In this document: in pieces, positions 1 through 8,220 of the stretch
Numbering within the stretch: the stretch's first letter is position 1
Layout: the number at the start of each line of letters is the position of its first letter
Assembly (NCBI GenBank): GCA_902774655.1
Contig: CACYJD010000001.1
Location: forward strand, 1-45,595
Source of the DNA: an uncultured Erysipelotrichaceae bacterium
GTDB lineage: Bacteria; Bacillota_I; Bacilli_A; RFN20; CAG-826
Direction: 5' to 3'
DNA: 45,595 bases
Program-made: the position numbers and the translations under genes
The notes under the pieces: model-generated
What the model saw: the letters and a program-made list of their open reading frames with translations, nothing else
The model's database searches: none
Told to the model about the DNA's origin: nothing

Positions 1-11
1 CCTTGCCGCAT
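1..11 (-). CDS. 5' tip of a minus-strand CDS that runs off the left edge (product unknown)
   Basis: The minus strand reads AAAAGGAGTAAAAAATATG CGG CAA GG. The ATG is at 11-9, with a GGAG Shine-Dalgarno a suitable distance upstream. Confidence 0.3.
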
Positions 12-209
12 ATTTTTTACTCCTTTTCTGGAATTGAATTATTATATCACATCAGTTTTAGGAAAACAAGTATCTAAAAGAAATTTTTCTTCCCCTTATT
101 CTCTTTTCGCAGGAATCTATCTGAAGCGTGGACGCGGTATAAAACAAAGAGCCACCTAAGAGAACGTCCTCCACCAATATTAAATTTAAAGTCCACGCTA
201 TAGACCTAA

Positions 210-446
210 TTAATCTAAAGAATTCTGATATTCAATCTCTTTAACACGTAATTCATTAATATCCATTTTTAGGACATCTGCTATTTTTACCATTGTTCTG
301 AATGATACAAGCTTTCCAATCCTACCATTTTCAATTCTAGAATAGTGTTGATGACATATTCCTAATTCTGCCGCTACTCGATATTGAGAGTAGCCCAACT
401 GAATTCTCCTTTCACTTAAATAGATTCGTAATTTTTGATATTTCAT
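210..446 (-). CDS. XRE/Cro-CI family helix-turn-helix transcriptional regulator (78 aa)
   Basis: HTH_3-type signature LGYSQYRVAAELGICHQHYSRIENG. The ATG is at 446; the track start at 449 is a GTG. No Shine-Dalgarno lies upstream. Confidence 0.8.
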   Translation of the reverse strand: MKYQKLRIYLSERRIQLGYSQYRVAAELGICHQHYSRIENGRIGKLVSFRTMVKIADVLKMDINELRVKEIEYQNSLD

Positions 447-486
447 CACATATATTTATTCAATAATTATCGAAGATAATCAACAA
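447..486 (-). promoter_or_regulatory. Candidate sigma-A type promoter with an embedded 16-bp quasi-palindrome (operator) for the XRE gene; the transcript may be leaderless
   Basis: The minus strand reads TTGATT, then 17 nt, then AATAAA, then 8 nt, then ATG. The spacer contains TTCGATAA/TTATTGAA (plus-strand 459-474), a 7/8 inverted repeat. There is no GGAG before the ATG. Confidence 0.35.
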
Positions 487-527
487 AAAAATCCCTGCTA
501 CTCACCATTTTGGCTTTCACAGGGATT
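485..527 (-). terminator. Rho-independent terminator after the holin-like gene
   Basis: The minus strand reads AATCCCTG, then a 22-nt loop, then CAGGGATT, followed by TTTTTT (arms at 520-527 and 490-497). Confidence 0.6.
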
Positions 528-530
528 AAT

Positions 531-908
531 TTAATTCTTTAGTTTGTAAATAGATGCTTCGATTTGGTTACTTATCCAATTTGATAAATCGCCATAATTA
601 GCAACAATCCAGCTCTTCAACTCTTCCGTCATTTCAGAAAGGATGATGGCTTTCGCTTTATTAAGGGCAACTAGCTGTTCGTCTTTTCCAAAACCACCAC
701 TAGCCTTAAGGCTCTCTACATAAGTTTGGAATGTAGTTCGTACAGCATTCGTCACTATTTCAGTGGCATGAGCGAATAGCTTTTGAGCTTTCTCATCTTT
801 TATCTTGGTGTTTAACCATTGAGTCAGCTTAACACCTAAGAAAGATATCAGAGGCAAGACAATGCAAGTCACCACCGTTGCTAAAACATTTAATAGAATT
901 TGATTCAT
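531..908 (-). CDS. Holin-like membrane protein (LL-H-type architecture: one N-terminal TM helix plus a helical cytoplasmic part)
   Basis: 125 aa with the N-terminal hydrophobic segment LLNVLATVVTCIVLPLISFLGV. It is the last gene of the late operon and has a strong RBS (AGGAGGAACCAATATG). Confidence 0.55.
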   Translation of the reverse strand: MNQILLNVLATVVTCIVLPLISFLGVKLTQWLNTKIKDEKAQKLFAHATEIVTNAVRTTFQTYVESLKASGGFGKDEQLVALNKAKAIILSEMTEELKSWIVANYGDLSNWISNQIEASIYKLKN

Positions 909-919
909 ATTGGTTCCTC

Positions 920-1189
920 CTATTTATGAGCTTGTTTATTTATGTGGTCCTCAATTTCAGTAATTGCTACTGTGACTGGACCATCGCATCCTTGTTCTTT
1001 TAGTCCTTTTAGACACGCTAGGACACCTTTGGTGAGAATTGATTGTTCTTCCTTAATCTCTCGGATTTCAACGTCATTCTTGTCTCTTTTCATTAACCAT
1101 TTGAAAAAGCCAAATAGAATTCCAAAGATGACACCTAAGGCAGTAATAACTGATGCGGTTGTGATGATGATTTCAACTACGTGGCTCAT
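920..1189 (-). CDS. Small N-terminally anchored membrane protein, putative holin or lysis accessory protein
   Basis: 89 aa. A TM segment (IIITTASVITALGVIFGILFGFF) is followed by a charged helical tail. RBS is AAGGAGGAAGAATCATG. Position is in the lysis cassette. Confidence 0.5.
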   Translation of the reverse strand: MSHVVEIIITTASVITALGVIFGILFGFFKWLMKRDKNDVEIREIKEEQSILTKGVLACLKGLKEQGCDGPVTVAITEIEDHINKQAHK

Positions 1190-1827
1190 GATTCTTCCTC
1201 CTTATAGAGCGAAAGCAAGTAAGAAAAAATCTCCTTTAGTTTTGGGAGATGTTCTTCTATGTTCAATTTTGTTTTAAGGTCTTTGGCGAGTTCATAGTTC
1301 TCTTTTGAGAAATAATATTCAAACTTACCTGTTTCCTTATAGTGCCTAATAAGTGATTCGACTCGGTATAAATGGTAAAGGCTCTTCTCTTCTTTATAGT
1401 TTTCAAGTCTGATTCCAAAGTATGCAATCAAGCGATAGAGCCAATCTTTGAAGTGCCTTTTAAAGTCAATATAAAGGAATTCATCTATATTGTCTTTAAT
1501 CGATTCATCGACATAAACGAGATTCTCTTTTGCGAGCAAAGTGTTATCAAGCCAGCAAAGGAAATACGTAAGACATCCATTATCGAAATTTTTAAGCCTT
1601 TCAAAATAGCTTCTACCAAAGGTAAAGAAGTCACAATCATCTGTTTTAACTACGTTGCAGCTATCATAGCCGTCAATAACGACTGTAAAGTCTTTATCAC
1701 TCTCGTCTTCGCTTAAGCCAAATATGGATGAGCCACATCTATAGCAGAGAAGGACTTTGTTTGGTGAAAATAACTTATCTAATAACTCTTGCATATTTTG
1801 GTTGGTTCCCCCTTGAATCTTCGACAT
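1186..1827 (-). CDS. Pol-beta superfamily nucleotidyltransferase (RlaP/YcgL-like) with a helical C-terminal domain
   Basis: Motif CGSSIFGLSEDESDKDF matches G-S-x(9-13)-D-x-D. Its stop overlaps the next start (ATGA). The start is uncertain: M1 at 1827 or M12 at 1794, and both overlap the upstream gene. Confidence 0.6.
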   Translation of the reverse strand: MSKIQGGTNQNMQELLDKLFSPNKVLLCYRCGSSIFGLSEDESDKDFTVVIDGYDSCNVVKTDDCDFFTFGRSYFERLKNFDNGCLTYFLCWLDNTLLAKENLVYVDESIKDNIDEFLYIDFKRHFKDWLYRLIAYFGIRLENYKEEKSLYHLYRVESLIRHYKETGKFEYYFSKENYELAKDLKTKLNIEEHLPKLKEIFSYLLSLYKEEES

Positions 1828-2551
1828 AAAGTTTGCTGCTAGTTAATTGACATGAAAGCGTGCAGTCTTGACCGTTATAACGATAATGGACGATACCGCC
1901 ACTACCACCAACTGAAGCACCGCAGAATATGACATTAGTGCCACCTACATAAAGAGAGATGATTCCGTCATATGCATTTGATGTTGTAATTCCATCAAAA
2001 ACATAACAATGTCCATAGGACAAAGTAGACCAGCCATCGTAAACAGGACCATAACGCGAACTAGCTTCACTTAAAACTGCTGTTCCTTTTTCATTTATTT
2101 TTGTTTGATCATTTTTAATTGAAGGTGGGTCATAGGTTGAATCTAATGTTATCGAGGTTGATGTTTTTGTGTATCTACAGAGCGGGAACTCATAAATGAG
2201 GCCACCATTCATCAAGTCGTTTTGAGTAAGAGTTGGATAAGCAGAACTGGCTTCTTTTTTCTCTAAAGTAATCGTGTTATTACCTAGGTCAATCTTGATG
2301 ATTACATAGCCATAAGCAGAGCCATCTAAAGAGACAGAAATCTTGGTACCACTTTCAACATAAATTCTTCTTCCATAAACCTGAACATATCCGTTTTGAA
2401 ATGAAATATAGTTATTACTGACAGATGCCTGACATCTACCTAAAATGCCATAAAAAATGCCGTTCACACCACTCGTTAAGAAGTGATTAATGTCGGCATC
2501 CATTTTGCTAGATACTGAAGCTGCATCAAATGTGATTTTTTGAATAGCCAT
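1775..2551 (-). CDS. Tail fibre / receptor-binding-type protein (distal tail gene)
   Basis: 258 aa and rich in beta-type residues (G/S/T/Y/N). It is the last structural gene after Dit and the Tal-like gene. RBS is GGAGGTCAACCTAATG. The call rests on position only. Confidence 0.4.
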   Translation of the reverse strand: MAIQKITFDAASVSSKMDADINHFLTSGVNGIFYGILGRCQASVSNNYISFQNGYVQVYGRRIYVESGTKISVSLDGSAYGYVIIKIDLGNNTITLEKKEASSAYPTLTQNDLMNGGLIYEFPLCRYTKTSTSITLDSTYDPPSIKNDQTKINEKGTAVLSEASSRYGPVYDGWSTLSYGHCYVFDGITTSNAYDGIISLYVGGTNVIFCGASVGGSGGIVHYRYNGQDCTLSCQLTSSKLYVEDSRGNQPKYARVIR

Positions 2552-3615
2552 TAGGTTGACCTCCTATCGATTAATTTGAGCTTATCTGTCAAAGACAGAC
2601 GATATTCACCAAGTGTTATTTTGGCGATATTAAAAGTCCCTTTGAATTCCACCTTTGAGACGATGGTTTCGTAGGTTTTACTTTCGGTAATAAAAACCAC
2701 TATTGCACCGACTTTTAAGTCCTTTAACGCTTCAATCTTGTTTGTGATAAAAGAAAAGTTAAAAGTGATTGTATGTTCTAAGGAAGAATCGACCAGTGCT
2801 TTGGTGGCTTTGGTAAGTAAGGAATCATAGTCTTTATCCCCATAGAACTCATACTTCATTTTGACCTTCTGAATTCTTTTTAATGCTGGAGCGGTTGTAA
2901 CCACTTGGCCATCATTAGTTAGGTAATAAACGACTTGATTTGTATGCTGCGTATTTTCAGCTTTTGGAATGTAATAAACTTTGTTTAAGCTTATCTCGTT
3001 GGTGTCATTGACATTGAGTTCAGTAATCGTACCTAGATTAGATTTCATTGTGATTCCAATCTTTGCAGAAACCACTTTAATTCTTATCTTTGAAAACTTG
3101 CCATTTGCGAGCACCACTTCATACTCAAGTCTGATGCCATACGTTTTAGAGAACTCTTCCACTAAATCGAGGATGTTCTCTTTGGTATCAGCTTCATATT
3201 TTAGGTTGCAGTTTTTCACCACTTCGATAGCGGTTTCTAAATAGGAAACGTTTTGATAAGTGTCGCCTGAGTACTTAAACGTGTTATTGATTAGGTTCAC
3301 GATAAACTGGGCAGAATTACCGCTAAAGGTCGTTGGTAAAGGCACATCAACATCGAGCAAAGATAGATAATCCTTTGTCTCTACTTTTGTTTGAGCCTTA
3401 TCATCGGTCTTGATTGAAGTGATTATTCCAACATAGGGATATCCTTTATCTTTTACGATGAGTAAGTCGCCTATTTTAGCGTTTAAACTTTGTTTATTTA
3501 CTGTGAATTTGCTCTTTTGAGGAATAAGAGCATCTAAAATGATGTCAAAGTCATCAGTGGCATAAGCATGGTCTATTACTTCGAAGTTTTGTTCGTTTAA
3601 AAAGATTAAATGCAT
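2551..3615 (-). CDS. Tail-associated / baseplate protein (Tal-like or Gp37-like minor structural protein)
   Basis: 354 aa, immediately downstream of Dit, with a TAATG overlap to the next gene. No hydrolase motif was recognised. Confidence 0.5.
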   Translation of the reverse strand: MHLIFLNEQNFEVIDHAYATDDFDIILDALIPQKSKFTVNKQSLNAKIGDLLIVKDKGYPYVGIITSIKTDDKAQTKVETKDYLSLLDVDVPLPTTFSGNSAQFIVNLINNTFKYSGDTYQNVSYLETAIEVVKNCNLKYEADTKENILDLVEEFSKTYGIRLEYEVVLANGKFSKIRIKVVSAKIGITMKSNLGTITELNVNDTNEISLNKVYYIPKAENTQHTNQVVYYLTNDGQVVTTAPALKRIQKVKMKYEFYGDKDYDSLLTKATKALVDSSLEHTITFNFSFITNKIEALKDLKVGAIVVFITESKTYETIVSKVEFKGTFNIAKITLGEYRLSLTDKLKLIDRRST

Positions 3616-3623
3616 ATGACCTC

Positions 3624-4454
3624 CTAATGAGCGATGTACTCTTCTTTATAAGCAATCTCACATGTAGCCTCTTCTCTAACACCAGGATCAAAAAAGATCT
3701 CACTTTCACCCGGAGGGAGAAATAAAAAGTTATCACATGAGAAGTCTTGCTTGTCATAGTAGTCAATTTCCTCTCCACCATAGATAAGCTTGATGTATTG
3801 GTTTACAGGGTCAGAGGATATCTCGATTAAAGGTTCATCACGTTCATCGACTAATAGTCGAAGGGTCTGAACATCTACACCATTTTTTCTGATGATGACT
3901 CTAGGGTTATAGCAGTTTCCATAAAGTCTAATGAGTAAAGGAACATTTCTAGGCGAATCGTTATAAACAGTTACTTTTCCGTTAAAGCTAATCGCATAGA
4001 CATATGGGTATTCATACGAGTAGACCTTACCACCACCCGTATCGGTAACATCGATGTGAGCGGACTTATTTACTAACCATAAGGAAAGGCAATCAATCTT
4101 TACTTGAGTCTTTAATACTCCCTGCTCTAATTGAGTCTTTGAAGATGACTTAACATTTACAAAGCAGTACTTCTTTCCTGCATCAGTTTCATAGAAGAGT
4201 CGCATCTCTTTACTTTTTGTAAGAAACTCTCTCCAACGAGTAAAGCCCTGATAACCATCGATGAAATCTAAAGTGAAATCAATGGTCCTTTGAGGGATGG
4301 TTCTTTTAGTCTCAACAAAGCGAGCGTTAAAGTCTTCATATTCGATTTCAAACTCAAAGCCTAAACCGTCGAGCTCCTCAATAACACAGTTATGCGTGTA
4401 ATCGAAATAGAAGGTGCTACCAACTTCATTAACAAGATAAAATCTACGTCTCAT
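3624..4454 (-). CDS. Distal tail protein (Dit, siphovirus tail component)
   Basis: 276 aa directly after the tape measure gene (TAATG overlap). The N-terminus FYLVNEVGSTFYFD...LDGLGFEFE is typical of Dit proteins. Confidence 0.65.
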   Translation of the reverse strand: MRRRFYLVNEVGSTFYFDYTHNCVIEELDGLGFEFEIEYEDFNARFVETKRTIPQRTIDFTLDFIDGYQGFTRWREFLTKSKEMRLFYETDAGKKYCFVNVKSSSKTQLEQGVLKTQVKIDCLSLWLVNKSAHIDVTDTGGGKVYSYEYPYVYAISFNGKVTVYNDSPRNVPLLIRLYGNCYNPRVIIRKNGVDVQTLRLLVDERDEPLIEISSDPVNQYIKLIYGGEEIDYYDKQDFSCDNFLFLPPGESEIFFDPGVREEATCEIAYKEEYIAH

Positions 4455-6748
4455 TAGTAGGCACCTCCTAATGCTGTATTGATTGAATCAATATCAACAT
4501 CACCGCTTGTGTTAATGGTGACATTGTTTGTGGTTGTCGAATGGTCATCATTCATATATGAATTACTGGTCGATTTGACAGTATTTTCAGCATCAAAGTC
4601 ACCTGTGCCGAACATCTTTCCAATGAGCTTAACTAGCCATCCAACAGTATGGTCGAGAATCCATTTAACCGCAGAGATGATCGCATTGAGGATATCTAAG
4701 ATAGGCTTAAGGATTTGGAATAAGATTTGAAGGACAGGAACAATGACTGCTTTAATGACATTGCCGATAATCACTAAGATTGGCGAAATCGCTTCAACAA
4801 TTGTGAAAATGACATCGAGAATATCCATGATTGGCGTTAAGAACGTCTCAATTAATGGAAGAAGAATCTCGAATAACTCCGCAATTACTTCAATAATCCC
4901 ACTGATAAATTCAATTAATGGTTCAAGGATTGCGAGAATAATCTCTAGGATTGGCTCCAAGATATCAATGATGATGTCTAATAAGACAACCACCACTTTG
5001 ATTACTTCGCTTAAGATATCGACGATGACATTAATGATTTCAATAAGGATGTTTAAGATTCCATCTACAAGCTCAATAATGACATCGATAATTTGAACCA
5101 CTAATTTGATGACAAGTTGAATGATTCTAGCTACTACCTGCAAGATTTTAGCAATCAATTGAGTAATAGGAATTAAAACCGTCGTTAGCATCTCGAGGAT
5201 TCTAGTAATAGGTTCGATGAGGCTCTCAAGTAGTTTTACTACTTCATCAAGCACCATCATGGCCACATCTAAAACGCCATCGATGATTTTAACTAAGACA
5301 TCAATGATTTGATTAATAACGTTCATCAATATGTCGAGGATAGGTTTTAACTTCTCGATAATCTTACCGACAAGCTCCACGATTTTATCGATGAGTTGTT
5401 TAACTATATCTAAGAGTCTCTTTAATAGAGCTCTAAAGTTTTCATTTTGAAGAAGAAGCACCGCAATGATGCCGATAATAAGAGCCCATGGACCTGCTTT
5501 AGCTACGGCACCTAAAACTTTAGTGGCACCACCTAATGCAGACACGGCCTCTTTAAGTTTTCCAACTAATCCAATAACTTTAGCCACTATAGTTAGCACT
5601 GGCCCTATTGCGGTAAGTACTCCACCGATAACTCCTATAACAACCTTTAATCCAGATGACATCTCTTTCCATTTTTGGATGAGTTCTTTCACCTTAGGAA
5701 TAACGGTGTCCTTTAGAAAGTTAACGATTTTAGTGATGACCGGGGCTAATGCTGTAGCAAGTTCAGTTCTTAAAGAGAGGAACGCTTGCTTGAGTGCGTA
5801 GATTTCGTTACCGAGCTTACCAGTAGTCTCTGCATCTTCTTCGGAGACAATACCAACTTTTTCCGCTTCTTCCATCCATGCTTCAAGCTCATCTTCTGAT
5901 GCACTTAAAACAGGGTTTAAAAGGGTGCCAAGCTTATCGCCAAAGAATTGATTCGCTAAAGCGGTTCTAGTAGCAGCATCTTCCACTCCTGCTATAGCAC
6001 TGCGGATTTTCTTGAAAGCTGCTTCTGCATCAAGACCAGCAAGATCATCCATTGTTAAACCGATTTTGGATAACTGCTCAGAGACATCATCTCCATTAGC
6101 AATTTGTCCTAAAAGGTTATTAATCTTTTGGAATGCTTTATCTAGATATTGGGTTTCACTACCAAGTTGTTTGGCGGCATATTCCCATTTTTGAAGAGCC
6201 TCTAATCCGACACCTAACTGCTTGGCAGTATCAGCCATTTGATTGACTGTTTCAGTGGTCTTTAATGCTAAAGTGGATAAAGCAGTAACAGCTGCAGTTA
6301 CTGGGGCCGTGATGTATTTAGTCATCGCACCACCAATGGCGGACAACTTATTAACATCGATTTTCCCTAAAGCAGATATTTTGCTATCTGTTTGCTTTAA
6401 CTCTTCATTTAGCTTTGCTACTTCTGCCTCAGTATATTGGACAGCACGTTGCATTTTCTTGAATTCTTGCTCACTTACTGTGCCGAGTTTGACACCTTCT
6501 TTAGCAAGTTCAAGTTGTTTCTTTTGCTCTTCTAACTTTTTCTTAGTGGTCTCTAAGATGCCGTTAAGCTTATCTTGTTTTTGCTTCCACAAGTCGACGT
6601 TAGAAGAATCGTATTTTAAGTTTTTATTAATTGCAGCTAGGTCTCTTTGTTGCTCTTTAAGGTCAGAATTGAGGGATTTGATAGAAGACTCAAGTTCCGT
6701 TGTATCAAGACCGAGCTTAATATTTAGACCTTTAATTGCTTCTGCCAT
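4454..6748 (-). CDS. Tail tape measure protein
   Basis: 764 aa from the ATG at 6748 (RBS AAGGAGGTGAGGGTGATG). It has an N-terminal coiled coil, central TM-like G/A/V/I segments and a long periodic hydrophobic C-terminal half. It lies downstream of the gpG/gpGT pair. Confidence 0.9.
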   Translation of the reverse strand: MAEAIKGLNIKLGLDTTELESSIKSLNSDLKEQQRDLAAINKNLKYDSSNVDLWKQKQDKLNGILETTKKKLEEQKKQLELAKEGVKLGTVSEQEFKKMQRAVQYTEAEVAKLNEELKQTDSKISALGKIDVNKLSAIGGAMTKYITAPVTAAVTALSTLALKTTETVNQMADTAKQLGVGLEALQKWEYAAKQLGSETQYLDKAFQKINNLLGQIANGDDVSEQLSKIGLTMDDLAGLDAEAAFKKIRSAIAGVEDAATRTALANQFFGDKLGTLLNPVLSASEDELEAWMEEAEKVGIVSEEDAETTGKLGNEIYALKQAFLSLRTELATALAPVITKIVNFLKDTVIPKVKELIQKWKEMSSGLKVVIGVIGGVLTAIGPVLTIVAKVIGLVGKLKEAVSALGGATKVLGAVAKAGPWALIIGIIAVLLLQNENFRALLKRLLDIVKQLIDKIVELVGKIIEKLKPILDILMNVINQIIDVLVKIIDGVLDVAMMVLDEVVKLLESLIEPITRILEMLTTVLIPITQLIAKILQVVARIIQLVIKLVVQIIDVIIELVDGILNILIEIINVIVDILSEVIKVVVVLLDIIIDILEPILEIILAILEPLIEFISGIIEVIAELFEILLPLIETFLTPIMDILDVIFTIVEAISPILVIIGNVIKAVIVPVLQILFQILKPILDILNAIISAVKWILDHTVGWLVKLIGKMFGTGDFDAENTVKSTSNSYMNDDHSTTTNNVTINTSGDVDIDSINTALGGAY

Positions 6749-6761
6749 CACCCTCACCTCC

Positions 6762-7303
6762 TTAACCTAAAAAGGCATCAATATCTGCCTGAGTTGCTTG
6801 TCTAGAACCACCTTCTTCATAGATGGATTTTTGCAATTTGACTATGTCAAGATAGGTCCTAATGTCAAAGAATTCCGCATCACGAATCGGGATTCCTAAT
6901 TGAGCCAAGTTGAAAATTATGTTTGCCGTGATGTTTCCTCTTGGCCTTATGGTTTTGGGGCCAAATCAGTCCCTTCGGAATTTTTCTTCATTTCCCCTAA
7001 AAGTTCGCCAATGGTATTAGCAAGATTTGTGAGTTCTTCAACGTTAGATAAAACGCTAAAGTCGAAGAGTTGAAGGAAACGGTCATACGATTCATTAAAG
7101 AAAGGTTTATGTAAGACATAGACCAACCTAAAAAGGACATCGATAAACTTACCGACATCGTTTCTGTTTTCGCTGATCGCTTTATCTAACTTTTCGACAT
7201 CATCAAATAGTTCAGTACCAAAGACGTTTCTATAAGAAATGATGGTAAAAAGGGAAGAAGCTAATCTGAACTCCTTCCCATTGAGTTTAACTGTGCGTTC
7301 CAT
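6762..7303 (-). CDS. Tail assembly chaperone -1 frameshift fusion (gpGT analogue, about 180 aa)
   Basis: I translated the -1 frame from C CCA AAA by hand. It stays open for 63 codons (TIRPRGNITANIIFNLAQLGIPIRDAEFFDIRTYLDIVKLQKSIYEEGGSRQATQADIDAFLG) and ends at TAA 6762-6764, just before the tape measure RBS. Confidence 0.75.
6947..7303 (-). CDS. Tail assembly chaperone (gpG analogue)
   Basis: 118 aa located between the major tail and tape measure genes. RBS is AAGGAGTAGAGCATG. It ends just after a slippery heptamer. Confidence 0.8.
   Translation of the reverse strand: MERTVKLNGKEFRLASSLFTIISYRNVFGTELFDDVEKLDKAISENRNDVGKFIDVLFRLVYVLHKPFFNESYDRFLQLFDFSVLSNVEELTNLANTIGELLGEMKKNSEGTDLAPKP
6953..6959 (-). 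promoter_or_regulatory. Programmed -1 ribosomal frameshift slippery heptamer C CCA AAA
   Basis: An X XXY YYZ heptamer in the correct zero-frame phase, 2 codons before the gpG stop. Confidence 0.7.
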
Positions 7304-7313
7304 GCTCTACTCC

Positions 7314-7886
7314 TTACTCAGGGATTTCTGGAATCACTGGAGCGGTAGTTAAGAAGTTTGTGTAGTTACTATCACCTTTAGCACAGACACAGTTAGTGAT
7401 TAAATCATCGCCAACTTCGATTGGTCTAGCTGTAATGTTAAGAGTAACTGAGTTAGCTTCAATGCTATCCGCTTTTGATTTGGTTGCCTCAGCAATTGGG
7501 GTAACACTACATAAGTAGTACCAGACTCTTCTTGCTTTAGCATCACCTTGGAATTCAAAACCTAAGGCAAAGGTCACTACTGGTGCGTTAGCGATTTCCA
7601 CTAAGTTACCATTCGCAAGTCTCTTATAGCCTAAAACTGCAGTTTTGAAATCGTCAGGGATTTCTGTGAATTTAAGTGTTAAGGTTCTACCTGCATTTTG
7701 GACTAATGATGCGTATAAAGTATCATCAGCATAAACATTGGTAGATCCACCCACTACTTCACTCGAGAACTCTTGAGCTCCCGGTAATGCGACTGGAGTA
7801 TCAAAGCTCCAGTTACCATTATTGTCTTGAGTGGCAATTGAATAATGGACGTTACGTAATCCGAACGTGATTTTGTTATTTGGCAT
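7314..7886 (-). CDS. Major tail protein
   Basis: 190 aa from the ATG at 7886 (RBS GGAGGATTTTAAACATG; the track's N-terminal extension was rejected). Position is immediately upstream of the chaperone pair. Confidence 0.7.
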   Translation of the reverse strand: MPNNKITFGLRNVHYSIATQDNNGNWSFDTPVALPGAQEFSSEVVGGSTNVYADDTLYASLVQNAGRTLTLKFTEIPDDFKTAVLGYKRLANGNLVEIANAPVVTFALGFEFQGDAKARRVWYYLCSVTPIAEATKSKADSIEANSVTLNITARPIEVGDDLITNCVCAKGDSNYTNFLTTAPVIPEIPE

Positions 7887-8220
7887 GTTTAAAATCCTCC
7901 AGCCTAATTTCATAAACTCTATAAATAGAGCCATCCGAGTTTTTGTATTCAGATGTTAAAGAAAAGATGTAGTCGTTTTTTAGAAGAGCAGTTTCTAGCT
8001 TTTCCTCTAAGGCTTCATCTTTTTTCTTTGTTGATAATGTAATTTGAATCGTTCTTAAGTAGTAAGTTGGGCGATCATCTGCAAATTCAGGTGGTCTTTT
8101 CGATATCTCCTGATAAATGATGAATGGAGTTTCAGCATTTTGCTCATTGTCATAATCGAGATGAGCATAGATGACTGTCGGAAGAACGGTTAGCAACACT
8201 CTTCTTAGTTTCTTAAGCAT
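7876..8220 (-). CDS. Tail completion / tail terminator-type protein
   Basis: 114 aa, between the gp10-like gene and the major tail gene. The call rests on gene order only. Confidence 0.45.
   Translation of the reverse strand: MLKKLRRVLLTVLPTVIYAHLDYDNEQNAETPFIIYQEISKRPPEFADDRPTYYLRTIQITLSTKKKDEALEEKLETALLKNDYIFSLTSEYKNSDGSIYRVYEIRLEDFKHAK

Noticed and set aside
125-199. 9-bp inverted repeat AGCGTGGAC / GTCCACGCT downstream of the XRE gene as a terminator or att core
   Set aside because: The arms are 57 nt apart with no U run. A single 9-bp match could arise by chance, and it has no similarity to the tRNA-Trp 3' end.
3554-3781. Alternative-frame minus-strand ORFs (3554-3781, 14242-14478, 19228-19467, 25908-26135, 31964-32149, 39417-39623)
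   Set aside because: Each is nested out of frame in a longer gene that has recognisable motifs. None has an RBS or a plausible protein composition.
4479-6770. Plus-strand ORFs 4479-4730, 4743-5096, 5466-5801, 6012-6194 and 6243-6770, antisense to the tape measure gene
   Set aside because: They are low-complexity S/T/I/M-rich translations that mirror the periodic codon usage of the minus-strand gene. They have no RBS and lie entirely inside a confidently called CDS. The same reasoning applies to the other plus-strand shadow ORFs (942-1277, 1372-1716, 2981-3244, 8814-8996, 10268-10480, 10828-11046, 12866-13048, 13650-13934, 14126-14308, 16622-16819, 17142-17375, 18485-18787, 19042-19380, 19895-20113, 21402-21620, 23095-23313, 24563-24766, 26978-27172, 27462-27719, 29513-29716, 30433-30618, 30976-31254, 33083-33385, 35193-35522, 39290-39478) and to the minus-strand shadow ORF 36773-36997, which is antisense to the plus-strand C5-MTase gene.
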